The notes under the pieces were generated by a model. It did no database searches and was not told the DNA's origin. It saw nothing but the letters and a program-made list of their open reading frames with translations. From assembly GCA_001724265.1 (NCBI GenBank), contig MEDY01000334.1, positions 1-35,430 of the forward strand: a stretch of DNA of 35,430 nt, in the 5' to 3' direction. The position numbers and the translations under genes were made by a program. Positions within the stretch are counted from its first letter, which is position 1. Every line of letters starts with the position of its first letter. This document shows positions 10,283 through 21,500 of the stretch, in pieces. The DNA comes from Rhizaria sp. SCN 62-66 (taxonomy: Eukaryota).

Positions 10283-13060
10283 TCAGAGCTCGTCCTTGTT
10301 CTTGCTCTCGGCCTCAGCCTTGGTGGCCTCAGCCTCAGCAGCCTCGCCCTCCTTGGCCTCACCGGCGGCGGCGGCAGCGTCCTCAGGGGTGGCCTCGCCG
10401 TCGACAGGCGCGGTCTTAGCCTCGCCCTCCGCGCCCTCAGCGGCCTCGCCCTCCGCGGGCTCCGCGCCCTCGGCGTCGGTGGCATTGGCGTTGGTGGCGT
10501 TGGCGTCCTTGGCAGCCTTGGGCTCGGCGGGCTTCTTCTTCTTGTCGACGCGGGCCACGGCCGCGGTGACGGCCTTAGCACGGACGTGGATCTCGCTCAC
10601 CATCACCACGGGCGCCTCGTGCGGCTTGGCGGCGTCCTGCGCGACGGTGATCTCCTTGACCCAGGCCTCGAGCTCCTCGGCCAACGTGACCACGCCAGAC
10701 ACGTCGTCGGCGGGCAGCCACTGCTTGTGCAGCCCCCAGGACTGGGCCTTGACGCTCGCGGCGTCGGCCACGGCCAGTGCGGCGGCCACGGCGGCGGGGC
10801 GGTGCGCGGCCTCGTGCTTGCGCGTGCGGGCGTCGGTCACCACGGCCTTGAGCGTCGCAAGCTGCTTGTTGAGGTCCTCCACCGTCGCCGTCTCGCTGGC
10901 CTCGGAATCGAGCCACGCCTCGGTGGCGCGGGACGCCGCGAGCATGGCGTCGCGCTGCTCGGGGGTCGTCACAGCCACCATGTCGGCGTCGTCGGCCTCG
11001 TTGCGCACGCCGTACATGAGCGACTCGAGGTCGTTGCGCGCGGCGGCGAGCGCGCGGCGGGCGGCGTCGCGCGCGGTCAGCGAATCCAGGAACGCGCGCG
11101 CCGCCGTCTTAGTCTCGGCGTGCAACGGCACGAACACGGCCGAGTCGGCCGCAGGGAACAGCGGCGTGACCGTGAGCGGCACGCGGTGCGTCTTCTTCTG
11201 CTGGATGTACTCGACCTCGGCGCCCTCGGCGGCGGCGTCCTCCTTCTCGTCCTTCTTGTCGGCCTCAGCCTCGGCGGCGGCGGCGGCGTCGTCCTTCTTG
11301 TCATCGGCGGCCTCGGCGTCAGAGTCGGCGGCATCACCGTCCTTCTTGTCCTTCTTGGCGTCCTTCTTGGCCTTCTTGGCCTCCTTGGGCTTAGGCACCG
11401 AGACCATCTCCTCCAGCGTGGCCTCGGCGACGGCGAGCGACACAACGCCGGAGTCGGAGAGCACGAACGAGAGCGAGACGCGGGGCTTCTGCGTCTTGAC
11501 CAGCTCGGCGTAGGCCGGGTTGGCGGCCATGGCGGCGACGCCCGTGACCGAGTAGGCGCCCGCCTCGGGGGTGGAGCCTGCGGGCAGGAGCGCGGCGTCG
11601 GTGGCCAGCGCGATGTGCAGGTCCTCCGAGTGCGACAGCGCAATGGTCTTCTTCTTGCCCAGCAGGTTGTTGCGGCCGAAGATGGCCACGGTCTTCTTGA
11701 ACTCGGACACGGCCGAGTCAGCGGCGAGGTCCGTAATCGAGACGTTGACGGGGAAGGGCGAAACATCAGCGACGCCGAACGGACGAACCTGGAAGAGGCC
11801 GGAGACGTTGGCGGCGCGGAACACTGCGCCCATGGCCATGGCCTCGTCGCCGTTGATGTTCTGGTCGAGCTTGTCCTTCTTGACGACGGACTTGATGGCG
11901 GCCTGCACAGCGGGCACGCGGACGGAGCCGCCGATGATGACGACGGCGTCGAGCTGCGCGTCCGTCACGCCCGCCTCGGCCATGGCGGCCGCGATGGGGC
12001 CCGGCACGCGCGCGAGCAGCGGCGCCGCGAGCTCGACGAACTGCGTACGCGTGAAGGTCGTGAAGAGGTCCATGTCCTTGAACACAGACTCGATTTTGAC
12101 GGGGATGTCGTTGTTCGCGGAGAGCACAGTCTTGACGGTGTTGGCCTGCTTGAGCAGCTTGGCCATAGCGCGCGGGTTCTCGGCCACGCCCTTGACCTTG
12201 TCGCCGTTCTTGGCGACAAACTGGCGCAGCAGCTCGTCGCGGATCATGCGGTCAAACGCGGCGCCGCCCAGCGTCGCGTCCCACGCGGAAGCCTTGACCA
12301 GCGCCTGGCCGACGTACTTGGCGGAGCGGCCCGAGCCCTGCTTGCGGCCAGAGTACTCGACCACGGTCGCCTCCATGCCCGCCGAGCCCATGTCGACGAA
12401 GAGGGCTGTGTGGGTCGTGTTGTCGTAGATGCGGTCGACGCCGTAGGTGATGGCCGAGGCGGTGTTGTCATTGATGAGGGCCATGACGTTGACGCCCGCG
12501 AGGTCGGCGGCGTCGAGCACGGCCTGGCGCTCCTTGTGCGCGAACCAAGCCGGGATGGTGATGACGGCGTCCTTCATGTCGATGCCAGAGTCGTCCTTGG
12601 CAATCTTGCGGATGTGCTGCAGCGACATCGCGACCAGCTCCTCGGGGGACAGCACGGTGTCAGACTTGGGCATCTTGATGCCCACGGACGCGCCGCGGCC
12701 GGGGATAGAGACGAAGTTGTAGCCGAACATGCTCTGCAGCTCGGCGACCTGGGGCGAGTCGATCGTCTTGCCCAGCAGGCGGTGAGACCACAGGTACGTG
12801 TCCAGTGGCTTGCGGATGGCGAAACCGACGGCGTTGTTGCCGAAATGACGCTCACCGTCGTCAAAGGCCACGGCGAGGGGAACCTTGCGCTTGGCCTGCT
12901 CATCGACGACGATGTGGAAAGGGTTCTTAGGACGGACCGAGGCGACCTTGATGAACTCGGCACTCAGGTCAATGCCGAGCACGGAAGCCGCGGCCGGGGT
13001 GGCGAGAAACGCCACCAGGGCAGAGAAAAGGGCCAGGATGACAACCGGTTTGAGTGCCAT
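10283..13060 (-). CDS. HYOU1: ER-lumenal Hsp70-family chaperone and nucleotide exchange factor GRP170 (HYOU1/Lhs1), 925 aa
   Basis: The ATG at 13060 gives the signal peptide MALKPVVILALFSALVAFLATPAAA. Motifs include VLGIDLSAEFIKVA, DAVITIPAWF, LINDNTASAITYG, FVDMGS, WDATLGG, IIGGSVRVPAVQ, INGDEAMAMGA and ARNDLES, plus an acidic loop and a C-terminal KDEL. The ORF track's extra 85 N-terminal codons are probably UTR or intron. Confidence 0.95.
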   Translation of the reverse strand: MALKPVVILALFSALVAFLATPAAASVLGIDLSAEFIKVASVRPKNPFHIVVDEQAKRKVPLAVAFDDGERHFGNNAVGFAIRKPLDTYLWSHRLLGKTIDSPQVAELQSMFGYNFVSIPGRGASVGIKMPKSDTVLSPEELVAMSLQHIRKIAKDDSGIDMKDAVITIPAWFAHKERQAVLDAADLAGVNVMALINDNTASAITYGVDRIYDNTTHTALFVDMGSAGMEATVVEYSGRKQGSGRSAKYVGQALVKASAWDATLGGAAFDRMIRDELLRQFVAKNGDKVKGVAENPRAMAKLLKQANTVKTVLSANNDIPVKIESVFKDMDLFTTFTRTQFVELAAPLLARVPGPIAAAMAEAGVTDAQLDAVVIIGGSVRVPAVQAAIKSVVKKDKLDQNINGDEAMAMGAVFRAANVSGLFQVRPFGVADVSPFPVNVSITDLAADSAVSEFKKTVAIFGRNNLLGKKKTIALSHSEDLHIALATDAALLPAGSTPEAGAYSVTGVAAMAANPAYAELVKTQKPRVSLSFVLSDSGVVSLAVAEATLEEMVSVPKPKEAKKAKKDAKKDKKDGDAADSDAEAADDKKDDAAAAAEAEADKKDEKEDAAAEGAEVEYIQQKKTHRVPLTVTPLFPAADSAVFVPLHAETKTAARAFLDSLTARDAARRALAAARNDLESLMYGVRNEADDADMVAVTTPEQRDAMLAASRATEAWLDSEASETATVEDLNKQLATLKAVVTDARTRKHEAAHRPAAVAAALAVADAASVKAQSWGLHKQWLPADDVSGVVTLAEELEAWVKEITVAQDAAKPHEAPVVMVSEIHVRAKAVTAAVARVDKKKKPAEPKAAKDANATNANATDAEGAEPAEGEAAEGAEGEAKTAPVDGEATPEDAAAAAGEAKEGEAAEAEATKAEAESKNKDEL

Positions 13061-13948
13061 CAGGGAACTACACAAGTTAAAGTGCGCGGTAAAGCAAAGA
13101 AACGGTGCGGATGTGAGGACTACACGAACAGGGAGGTGGAAATAAAGTGGAGCACTTGGACGGAAGATATGGCACGAAACTAGCAAACCGTGGGAAGAAA
13201 AAATGGTGATTGTAGAATTAACCTGCAAAGGAACTTCGGAGACGCTATTCAGAAACCGCTCACGAACTCCCCGCACCCACTCGAGATTGATGACGTCAGG
13301 TTCTCGATTCGACACCTTCCAGAGCCTTGGCCACCAGTGACCGTGGGCAGACGAGTTAGGCCGCCCACGGTCACCCTACCTGCAAAGCAGAGCCCAGCCG
13401 TTTCAAAATGAGATCAAGGAAATCTCCTTAGTTTCACGCGTGAAGAGTCCGCCTAGCTCAGTGATTTATGCATATTCATAATAGAAAGTATGTCAAAGAC
13501 ATTTTCTATAATTTTGGTGCGCTGATGTCGTGATTATTCGCGCGATCTAGCCACCAAATCGCAACCTCGACTTGCCACTCTCGCGCCTCCCCGCCTCCCC
13601 TTCGTTTCGCATGCTTGCTGCCTCCCCATGCCACTTTCTTTGCATGCTACATCGTTCTCTCGTTTTGCGACACCGCCTGCCATCCACATCGCTGTTCTGT
13701 GTCGCCTTAAATCACGCTCCTCTGCGCGAAAACACTCCTTCACACAACAACGCCGACACAGCCTCACAACGCTCCTGCAACCACCCCCGCTTCCCCTTCA
13801 CTTGCACTCTCTCACACCCTCGTGCACGCGCCAAAACAACTGAACCTACCATACACTTTTCCTTTTACTTGGGCACACTCATTGTCGCTCGTGCACATTT
13901 CAAAACTGAACCAAAACAACCTGGATCGCTCCCTTGCAGACCCGTCTT
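13061..13948. promoter_or_regulatory. Divergent (head-to-head) promoter region between HYOU1 and the small zinc-finger gene
   Basis: Gene orientation. It contains TGACGTCA at 13291-13298 and the 12-bp palindrome TTCACGCGTGAA at 13433-13444. Pyrimidine tract plus AG acceptors lie shortly before both ATGs. Confidence 0.5.
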
Positions 13949-14746
13949 ATGTCCAAGGTTGTCTTCAACTGCCGTGTTTGCGGTTTCCGTCTCGCTCGCG
14001 AGCAGTCTGCGCTGCAAAACTCCTGCCCTAAGTGCTTTCAAAACTCGCCTTATGTTGCGCCCTCCGACAAGGCTGCCGCAAGCGCTAAGGCTGCTGCGGT
14101 ACGTAATCTCTCTCAACACAACGTTCCGCTTTAATGACAATGCTTTTCGCCTCTCAGATCCGGCTCGGAAGACTTGAGATACACTCAATAATATGCCTCG
14201 CTTGTCTCGCATCCTCATCTTTCAATTTAATCATTCTCTCACTCTTGTCTTGCTATTGTGTCTTGTTTTATCTTGTTTTTATCTTATACGTCCGTATCAA
14301 GGTTGCTCCCTCTTCCGCGATGGAGTCCACCTCCGGCTCCTGCTCCAAGGGTGGCCCCCACACCTGGAAGTTTGGCCGCTGCTCCAAGTGCAGCGTCAGC
14401 GAGGGCAAGCTCGTTGCCGTACGTCTTCTCTCCTCAGTTATCACGTATCTCTCGATTTGAAGTCACTATGTCAGTTGAGTGCAACTTGCATTGCCTCAGT
14501 CATCATTGCCTCAGTCATGAAACGCGATCAATCACTCAATGCACGCTTTTTCTTACATTACCACTTGAAATGATCCAAACTCACACTTTTAACTCTGTTC
14601 TTCGTCATATCATGATATACTTTCACACGCCTCAGGGCTCCGGCACCTTCTCCAACCCCGGCGGCGCGGGCGGCTGCAGCGACGGCGGCAAGCATATGTA
14701 CATGTTCGCCAAGTGCAAGAAGTGCGGCGCCTCCGAGAACAAGTAA
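13949..14746 (+). CDS. Small 125-aa protein with one C4 zinc ribbon and two C-x5-H-x6-C-x2-C repeats
   Basis: Exons 13949-14098, 14302-14418 and 14636-14746, with both introns GTACGT...AG in phase 0. The product is [12 protein letters not shown]...SCPKCF...[17 protein letters not shown]...[26 protein letters not shown]. Confidence 0.85.
14489..14518. repeat. Perfect 2 x 15-bp tandem duplication in an intron
   Basis: CATTGCCTCAGTCAT occurs twice in tandem. Confidence 0.9.
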
Positions 14747-15849
14747 GCGTGCAACTGCTTAACCGCGTTGCCCTCTTTCACTCTCTGTTTGTTTCTCTCT
14801 GACTCGCCTGCTGGACTCGTAGTACCACTACTGTGACACTTGCGATCTTGTGTCGCTCTCGTGTCACTTCAACTTCTGAGTCCTTCCTTAAAACTGTTTT
14901 TAGTACTGTAATAACAAGAATACAAAGAATCCCCTTTAGAATCACTTTAAACTTCCAGCTGAACTAGTCAAGTGTAACATTAGCTTTGAGCTAAAACACC
15001 CTGCCACAGACTTAATAATAAAGCTATAAATACAACGCAAGATTGTATTAAAAATTATCTAGATGAATACAAGAGAATATCGTGAAGATGAAATGAAACA
15101 AAAAGAACGACTAAAGTATCTTTTGTAACAGGCAGGCCCCAGGCAGAATGTTGAAAACACTCAACACACGGAACGCTTCAATAGAAGCACGGAGTAAACA
15201 GAAACAACGTTAATAACCATCGCACAAGTAACGTAAACTCGCACTGTGATGAGTGGTGGCGGCTATATCATGCCTACTAATGCTAATATAAAGAGAGGTG
15301 ACAAAAACACAAACCAATGTTCACAAAAACAAAACACAGGAAAGCGAAGAACAAAAAATGACAACGACACAGATAGTGTTTGTTTGCTCCCGCAAGACCC
15401 CAACTCAGATCGTATATTGCTCTAAGTTGTAAGTCTGACAATGATGCTTAAATATCTCATACCAGAGCACAACAACGAACAGAATCGAGCAACACAACAA
15501 ATGACTTTCGCGGTGACTGACCGTGACTGTTCGATGAGACATGCTAAAGTACTGTCTTTACCAGTGACGTTGTCTTACAAACGTGTAGTGCTCCTCTGTG
15601 TCAGCACTCGACCATGACACGCGCGTTCGGACATAAGTATAGATGAATACTTCGACAACAATGGTGGCAAAGACGAAGACGAACAGGGAGTAGCTACTAC
15701 AGACAGTACGCAAAAGGTACTTACTAATTTCAAACCGACATCAACCAACGCATGACACTGTCCTCTAAACAAGACCTCGACACCGCTACTGGTACAATAG
15801 CCCCTAGTCTCGGCTGCCTGTAGCCCCTTCGACTGAGTGCGATGGCTTC

Positions 15850-17574
15850 TTAGACGGCCTTGGTGATCTTCTGGATGCCGAAAGAGCAGAGCGAGCCCAT
15901 GAGGATGCCCGACACGAGCGACATGGACATGACGCCGCCGGCGGCGCCGCGCTCGTGCGCGGCCACGCGCGAGGGCGCGAACATCATGACGAGGGAGGAC
16001 ACGTAGCCGTTGCTGAGGGAGAAGACGGCGCCGAAGGCGAGGACCCACCAGGATGAGGCGTCGAAGATAGTCGAATGCACCGAGAGGAAGAAAAGAGGGT
16101 ACAACAGGAAGCGGAGGTAGACGCCCAGCCAAACCGTATCGACGGAGAAGAGAACGACGTAGGCGGGCAGCGAGCGGCCGAGGAGGTCGAAGCCGTTGAA
16201 GAGGCACACCATGATGAGCGCGAACCAACCCTACAGTGACACAAAAAGGCAAGAACGCAGAAGAGAAACATCAAAGTTAGAAATGACAGCATGAATAAAA
16301 TGGTTGGGAAAAATACAATGAAAAATAGATACAATACATGTAACTAAACGAAAATGGTGTCATGTCAAGTCAGTTCATATTTGCGTTGTTGCAACGTACC
16401 TGCGACATGTCGAAGGAAGTGGTGGGCGAGGTCATGAGGCCGGGGAAGACGAGGAAAGTCATCAGGAACACGCAGATGATGTGGCAAGGGAAGAAGCCGA
16501 GCTTCTTGAGCACAGACTTCATCTCCACGGGCTCCTGCGCGCCGGCGCCGGCGTCGCTGTCGCTGCCGCTCTCGAGGTGGGCCAAGTTGCCGCCCGCGGC
16601 GAAGGTGCCCTCGGCGGCGACGGCCGAAGTGGAGTGGACCAGGTGCGCGCTCGGGGCGGCCGAGTCGAGCAGCGCGCCGTGCAGCAGCGCGTCGTCGCTG
16701 ATGGCGAGCTCGTCCTTGCCGGCCGCGGCGAGGTGGAAGCGCGCGAAGGGCGTCGCGCGCTTCCACAGAAAGACGAAGATGCAGAACGTGGTGAAGAGCG
16801 CCGAGAGCGAGAAGTACACGATCGCGCCGTTGCGGTAGCCGGCCGAGTCGTCAGGAAACGAGGCCTTGGTGATGACGCGCGCGAGCGAGACGGCGACGCC
16901 GGACCAGCCCTGGCCGGCCATGACGGCCTGCATGAACTGGGGCGGGAAGATGGCGGCGAGCGAGAAGATCGTCGACTGCACCACGGCGGACCAGAAGCCG
17001 ATGAGGAGCATGAAGATGACGGCGAGAATAAAAGAAACGGAGTCGTTGGAGACGAGGATGGGGCAGAGTGGGAGGAGAACGACGAGGATGGTGTTGCAGA
17101 TGAATGGCAGGACCAAGGTCTGGATCAGCGTGAGCTTGCCCCCGAGACGAATCATCGCCATCTGCACGAACGGGGTGCAGAGGGACGACGCGAGGGGCGC
17201 CCAGAAGATAAGATCCTTGCCGGGCCACGTCTCCTCGTAGTAGTCCGCCGCGGTCATCATGGTGTTGTAAGGGAAAAGCGTGCCGGCGCCGAGAATGATC
17301 ATGGCGAGGTAGATGAGCCCGCTCTTGTCCTCGGGAGGCTCGGAAGCGTTCAAGGCAGCACCACCAGCATGCTAAAGCACGCGTAGACGGTAGAACATAG
17401 TGAAATCAGTGGGGTTCAGAAGAGGCAAAAAGAAAGTTGTGAGAATAAAAATCGCACAGGCGGCGGGAAAGTAAGGTGCGAGGGTGGAAGCGCAAGAGGG
17501 CGCGGAGGACGAACCTGAGCCTTGTTGACAGACATATTCTCGTCAAGCAGTAACGCGGTTTTGTTGCTACTCAT
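15850..17574 (-). CDS. Equilibrative nucleoside transporter (ENT/SLC29 family), about 470 aa
   Basis: Exons 17574-17515, 17371-16400 and 16230-15850, with introns GTTCGT...TTTAG and GTACGT...TGTAG, both phase 0. ENT motifs: LGAGTLFPYN, QAVMAGQGWSG, TFLVFPG, FNGFDLLGR and FSLSNGY. It has multiple hydrophobic helices and a central loop. Confidence 0.93.
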
Positions 17575-18574
17575 TTTTAACAATGTGTACCACAACCGTA
17601 TTGCGTTCACGACAAACGACGCTCGCCATCAGCTCATCACGGAAGTGTTGCGCCCGGCCCGCACCCTACCTTTCGCTGCCGCGCAGTCGCATCGACGTCG
17701 CCACCATTCCAGAAAAAATCATCTGCCACGCGGACTGAAAAGTAATGCAGCACGCCTGGATAAACTTATCTGGGGTATATTCTTCCGGGGACTGGTGCTT
17801 TTTTTGACGCCTGTGTATTTCTTCATGAATAGTTCCTCTTGTTGGTGACATCTATACCGTATTTTAAGGAAGGGTGACATCACTCATTTCGTGCCAACGA
17901 ACTCTCTCCTCGCAATTTGTCATGCATAGAACTTCCTTTTATAAAAATAAACAGTTTTCCGTAAACTCAAAAGCGTTTCACATAATGACACAAGGTTTGA
18001 TGTGTAAACACTCTTGTTAGGTGTGTCAAAAGCATCGCGAAAATGTTAGACCACACGCGAGTTGGAACGGTTAGCTTCGAAGACTTGGAGTTGAGGACGA
18101 CGAGTTTGGAAAATCGTGCAGTACGCCGTAATTGCACCTTGGACGCAACATTGGTGGTGGTATTAGCTGTAAGACTTGCGTGCCAGTTAATAATTTGTAT
18201 TGTAATTTTTGCTGCACAAATATATCGCGCGCAATTCCGCCTGATTTGCGACGTCAGGTCGACATACGACTCGTCCCTTATTCCCCCTGCTATCTCTCTG
18301 CTTTACCTCCGACGTCGCCCCTTTCCTCGTGCAGCCCGTTTTTTTTCCAGCTTTCCTGTCCCCGTTTTTCCCCTTGACCCCGCGTGGTCTGCACCTGCTG
18401 AAACCCCCTTGCTTGCATCTCCCGCGACGAGACTCAGCCCTCGTGGATCTGCCCCCGTTTGCTCCCGTTTCTCCGCCTGCGTTCTCCCCGCTCTGAAAAC
18501 GCTTTTGGCCCTCCCCAGCTTCTCTCTTTGCCCCCGACTGGCCTGTTTTGCGCCCGTAGCACGCCCCCAGCGTC
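17575..18574. promoter_or_regulatory. Divergent promoter region between the ENT gene and the PH-TLDc gene
   Basis: Gene orientation. It has a palindromic TATA-like TTTTATAAAA at 17937-17946 and five TGACA/TGTCA sites between 17846 and 18028. Confidence 0.45.
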
Positions 18575-21500
18575 ATGTTAAACTCCATCACGTCCCTCTT
18601 GGGACTAAGCGACTCGAACAAGTCCCGAAACAACAACAACAATAGAGACAACAACAACAGCGCCAACAATAACACCAACACCAGCCGCAACGCCGGCTAC
18701 ACCTCGTCCTCGGAGCACCACGCCGGCGGCGGTAACGGCAGTGCGCTGTACTACCACCAACAGCACAGCCTCACGATGCCGCCCGTGACGACGCGCAACC
18801 GCGGCGCGTCGGTGCCGTCCCGCGGACCCAGCCCAGGCCCGCCCGCAACCGGCTCAGGCGCGACGTTCGGCGCTGGGTACGGCAACAACCCTTACACGCC
18901 CCATAACTACAACAACGCCAACACTGGCGCTGGCGCTGGCACTGGTGCTGCGAGCAGCAATATCCCGATGGGCGGCCAGCGCGGCAGCCCCGCCGTCTCG
19001 GCGCTGCCATCGGGCTCGACCTCGTTCCTCCCCAACAGCCCCCCCGCGGCGGGCGGCGGCAGCTACAACTCGGCCGCGCACAAGGCCGATACGGCGCACA
19101 ACCTGCGCGTCGCGCTGGCGGGGTCCTACCCCCTGCAGCCGCAGCGTGCCCAGCACACGGGCTTCCTCCACACGCCCGCCGCGCAGCTCAGCCCCAACGC
19201 CAACGACGACTACGACGAGTTCGCCGACGACCGCGACCCCACCGCGCGCTACCGCAGCGCCGCCTACGGCAACAACGGCGCCGGCGCCAGTGCCGGCGGC
19301 GTGAGCATGGGGGGCCGTCAGGACGGCGGCGGCGCCAGCGCCGGCGCGGGGCTGAGCTCGCTCATGCATCCAATCACGGCCGTCAAGAACAGGATCTTCA
19401 GCAGCAGCGTCACCACCAACGCCATCGCGCCCGCCGGCGGCGCCGCGGCGAGTGTCACGTTCCCCGGCGACGACGACATGCACTTCTACGCCGACGACCG
19501 CGAGTTGGCGTGTACGTACACCGGGCTCTCGGAGCAGGACACAGTCTCGCGGCTGCTGCAGGCCGGCGTTGCCGTGGCCGACTCGATCACGCTTGCGCGC
19601 ATCGCCAACGCGCTGCGCCGCCGCCCGCAGGCGCTGCTCGCCGTCGCCAACGAGTTCGGCGTCCGCGCGGCCTCCGTCGAGGACATCTACAGTAGCAACA
19701 GCGCTGCCAGCGCGCAGGCGCAGGAGAAGCCCGTGAGCCGGCGCTCAACCCCGGCGCTGCTGCCCCCCTCGGCCTCCCCCGCGCTCCCCGACGGCGGCAG
19801 CGCCAGCGCCACCGCCGCGCCCGACGCTGCTGCGGCCGCGGCAGTCGAGAGCGCTGACAAAGAGGCCAGCCCCGCCGCCGCCGCCGCTCCGGTCACTGCG
19901 GCACCGGTGTCCGTGGCGGCTGCGACGGCGTCCCGGTTTACGACGGCGACGGCGGGCATGCCGCCGACCAAGATCGCGACGGCTGCGCTGCTCGAGATGG
20001 CCCGCGCGCGCGCGCCGACCGTGTTCGCGCCCTGCTCCGTGCCGCTGCCGCTCGCGCTCTACGGCGCCGCCGCGGGCGTTGGCTGCGGCAGCAGCGACGC
20101 CGCGGCGGCGATTGCGGCCGAGATCGCGTCCGCGACTGACGCCGCCACGGCTGCCGTTGCCAACGCTACTGCTGCCGCGGATGACAGCAAGGCCGACAAC
20201 GCCAACGATGGCGAGTCCAACTCGCTCACCTCGCCCGCCGTCGGCTTCTTCTACCCCGGCTTGACTTTCGTCCCTGCGGACCCCGACCCGGCCTCGGCCT
20301 CGGCCGCGGCTCTGCTGGCCGGCAGCGCGGCTACGGTCGCTGCCTCGGCCGCGGCCGCCTCGGCCTCGGCCGCCGTGCTCGCAGTGCGGGCCACGGGCGC
20401 CGCCGGGCTGCTGCAGCGCGCCGCGGCGACGGCCGTGACCGCGCCGGCAACTGCGGCGGCCGCGGCGGCGTCGCCCAGGGGCGCGCTGTCGGCGGCCGCG
20501 GCGGCCGACTTCGCGCTCATGGCCGTCGCCACGGCCGACGCCGACGCGGACCTGTCGGCCTACGTCACGACCGTGAGCGCCGCCAAGAGCCCAGCCACCG
20601 CCGCCGCCGCCGCGGGCGCTGGCGCTGCGAACGGGGTCGCGCCCGCGGGGCTGGTGTTCTACACGAACCGACCGTTCGAGAGCGCGGCGCGCGCGTGGAC
20701 CCGCTGCGACCGCTGCAGGGACCTGGACGACGACAATGATGACGACGACGACGGCAGTGAGGCGGACGGCGGCGCCGACGACGCCAAGTGCGCGTGCGCA
20801 CCGCTGCCGTCGGCGCTCTCGCCCATGGTCACCGTGACCACGAGCACGGGCACCACGACCACCGTCAGCGCCAATGGAACCGGGACTGGGAGCGCAAAGG
20901 GTAAGCACGTCGCCGGCCCACGCAACGCCGCCGCCGCCGCCGCCGCCGCCTCCGCTGCCGCGGCCGCGGCCGCCGCGGCCCGTGACGGCAATGGCACCGG
21001 CTACGGTAACGCCAGCGGCAACGGCGTGCGTCGCAACAACGCGTGCTCAATGTCATCGACCGCGGCGCTGGTGACGCCGGTGCAGCCCGTGACGGTGTCG
21101 CCCGCAGCGGCCGCCGCAGCCGTGTCGGCGGCCGCGACGGCGGTGCTGAGCGCGGCGGGCGCACACGCGGGCAGTGCGGTGCTGCACCTGCGCGGCGGCT
21201 TCCCCTACCTGCCGTCGCATTACCCGCTTTTCACCGAGATGGCGCACTCGGCGCACCTTGTGCACGGCGGCAACGCGGCGCGCATGCGCGTCGACGTGCT
21301 GCGCACGCTGCAACGCGGCAGCAAGCTGATCCGCATCGGCTTCGCGTGCTCCGCGCTCTCGCTCATGCGCGTGTCGAGGGACCTCAAGTACCTCTACTGG
21401 CCCTGCCCACGCGCCACGCGCCCGCCCGCGGGGCCGCTGCCCAAGGCTTCCCCCGCGGCCGCGGCCGCCGCGCTGGCGGCCGCGCTTGCCGAGGCCGGGC

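Noticed and set aside
10283-10285. TGA as selenocysteine
   Set aside because: It directly follows a canonical terminal KDEL, is not in a redox motif, and I could not identify a SECIS element by eye.
10184-13183. 999-aa ORF antisense to HYOU1
   Set aside because: Long antisense shadow ORFs are a known by-product of biased codon usage in GC-rich Hsp70 genes. The product is G/L/R/V-rich, has no motifs and starts at GTG.
13061-13315. 85-codon N-terminal extension of HYOU1 in the ORF track
   Set aside because: It starts at GTG, would bury the signal peptide, and runs through a pyrimidine tract and TAG acceptor typical of a 5'-UTR intron.
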